A DNA stretch of 46,565 nt, taken from assembly GCA_964625675.1 (NCBI GenBank), contig CAZVCD010000001.1, positions 1-46,565 of the forward strand, read 5' to 3'. The first letter of the stretch is position 1; the number at the start of each line of letters is the position of its first letter. Below the pieces are notes generated by a model, which saw only the letters and a list, made by a program, of their open reading frames with translations, made no database searches and had not been told where the DNA came from. The translations under genes were made by a program, and so were the position numbers. Shown here piece after piece: positions 46,003 through 46,565 of the stretch. The stretch is from an uncultured Victivallales bacterium. GTDB lineage: Bacteria > Verrucomicrobiota > Lentisphaeria > Victivallales > GWF2-38-69.

Positions 46003-46476
46003 TTACTTAAACCTCTCATCTGACAAAATATTTTTAGGGTTCATCCCACTTTCATACCATCCATCTTTTTCTGATGTTATTTCATCAAATTGAGTTATGT
46101 ATGGCTTTATATCAAGGATCGGAGTGCCATCTAGGATGTCTATTTCATTCAATATAACTCTGTTATTTTGAACAGAGTCTATTTTGACAATAGATAAGCC
46201 AATAGCATTAGGTCTTTTGGGGGATCGTGTGGCAAATACTCCTCTAAGGTTATTGTCTAAAAAAGGTTTAACGTGAAGAGTAGCCCCTTTTACTTTATGG
46301 AGATGGAAAATAATGTAACAATGAGAAAAACCTTCAAGGTCTTTGAGACCATCAATATATGGCTCAAACATTTCAATATATCCATTCCCTTTAGATATTC
46401 CTGCTCCCTGTATTGGCATGTTCTCTATTGTTTTAAACTCTGAAAATACTTTTCCTATATAGTTGAATTCTGGCAT
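46003..46476 (-). CDS. trmO: tRNA (N6-threonylcarbamoyladenosine37-N6)-methyltransferase TrmO (TsaA/YaeB family)
   Basis: 157 aa. The pattern GFSHCYIIFHLH...GVFATRSPKRPN.IGLS.V....ILDGTPILDIKPY is canonical for TsaA-like domains. Confidence 0.85.
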   Translation of the reverse strand: MPEFNYIGKVFSEFKTIENMPIQGAGISKGNGYIEMFEPYIDGLKDLEGFSHCYIIFHLHKVKGATLHVKPFLDNNLRGVFATRSPKRPNAIGLSIVKIDSVQNNRVILNEIDILDGTPILDIKPYITQFDEITSEKDGWYESGMNPKNILSDERFK

Positions 46477-46496
46477 ATATGTCTCTTTCTGCTGTA

Positions 46497-46565
46497 ATTA
46501 TACCGGAGGTATTTTTGTTTTTTGTTTATTTGTGAAATTTTAGCCTCAGTTATTTTATGATCTTC
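46497..46565 (-). repeat. Degenerate copy B of the sirtuin RBS plus first ~16 codons, upstream of trmO
   Basis: The minus strand reads ..ctgagg CTA aaa att tca caa ata aac aaa aaa caa aaa tac ctc cgg tat aat. The sirtuin reads ..tagagg ATG aaa atc tcg caa att aac caa aaa caa aaa tac ctc cgg tat aat. Confidence 0.75.

Overview
A 46.6-kb low-GC chromosomal segment (roughly one-third G+C by eye). It comes from a Gram-negative-type, probably anaerobic bacterium, judging by LPS heptose phosphatase, an RND efflux pump, SelB, W/Mo uptake, NikR/NiCoT and a LarA homolog. I support about 42 protein genes. Housekeeping: gmhB, hisF, eno, ribE, asnA, deoC, selB, cobB-type sirtuin, trmO. Oxyanion uptake: one molybdate/tungstate ABC operon (modC-A-B plus a coupled 62-aa Cys-rich ORF). 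A second permease/ATPase pair (25.1-27.1 kb) has its likely WtpA-type binding protein 14 kb away, next to a Mop molbindin. Other content: a secreted GH13 + MFS + GDE-like + DedA cluster, a FUSC exporter, an NfeD-SPFH pair, an MscK-like channel, an MFP-RND pump translationally coupled to deoC, an HD-GYP protein, and a nickel module (NiCoT + NikR). I saw no rRNA, tRNA, CRISPR, transposase, integrase or phage genes. I did not recognise a clear-cut novel multi-gene system such as a defense island. The signals that the gene list does not explain are non-coding or structural: (1) a ~100-nt inverted repeat with a 28-nt perfect core bracketing the 2.8-kb larA-wtpA-mop segment; (2) a recurrent ~35-nt element built of CAC(T/G)AAT units, in inverted pairs at three loci, one pair beside a truncated DeoR gene; (3) a ~185-nt element closed by a ~21-bp helix upstream of a histidine phosphatase gene; (4) a GC-rich hairpin-dense island at the left edge; (5) a 31-bp perfect-armed palindrome (candidate NikR operator) upstream of a NiCoT gene that lacks any canonical start codon for its first TM helix; (6) two adjacent frameshifted genes (NUDIX at an A7 slippery run, and a winged-helix regulator); (7) a degenerate copy of the sirtuin 5' end upstream of trmO. 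All functional calls rest on motif recognition by eye. No database search was run.
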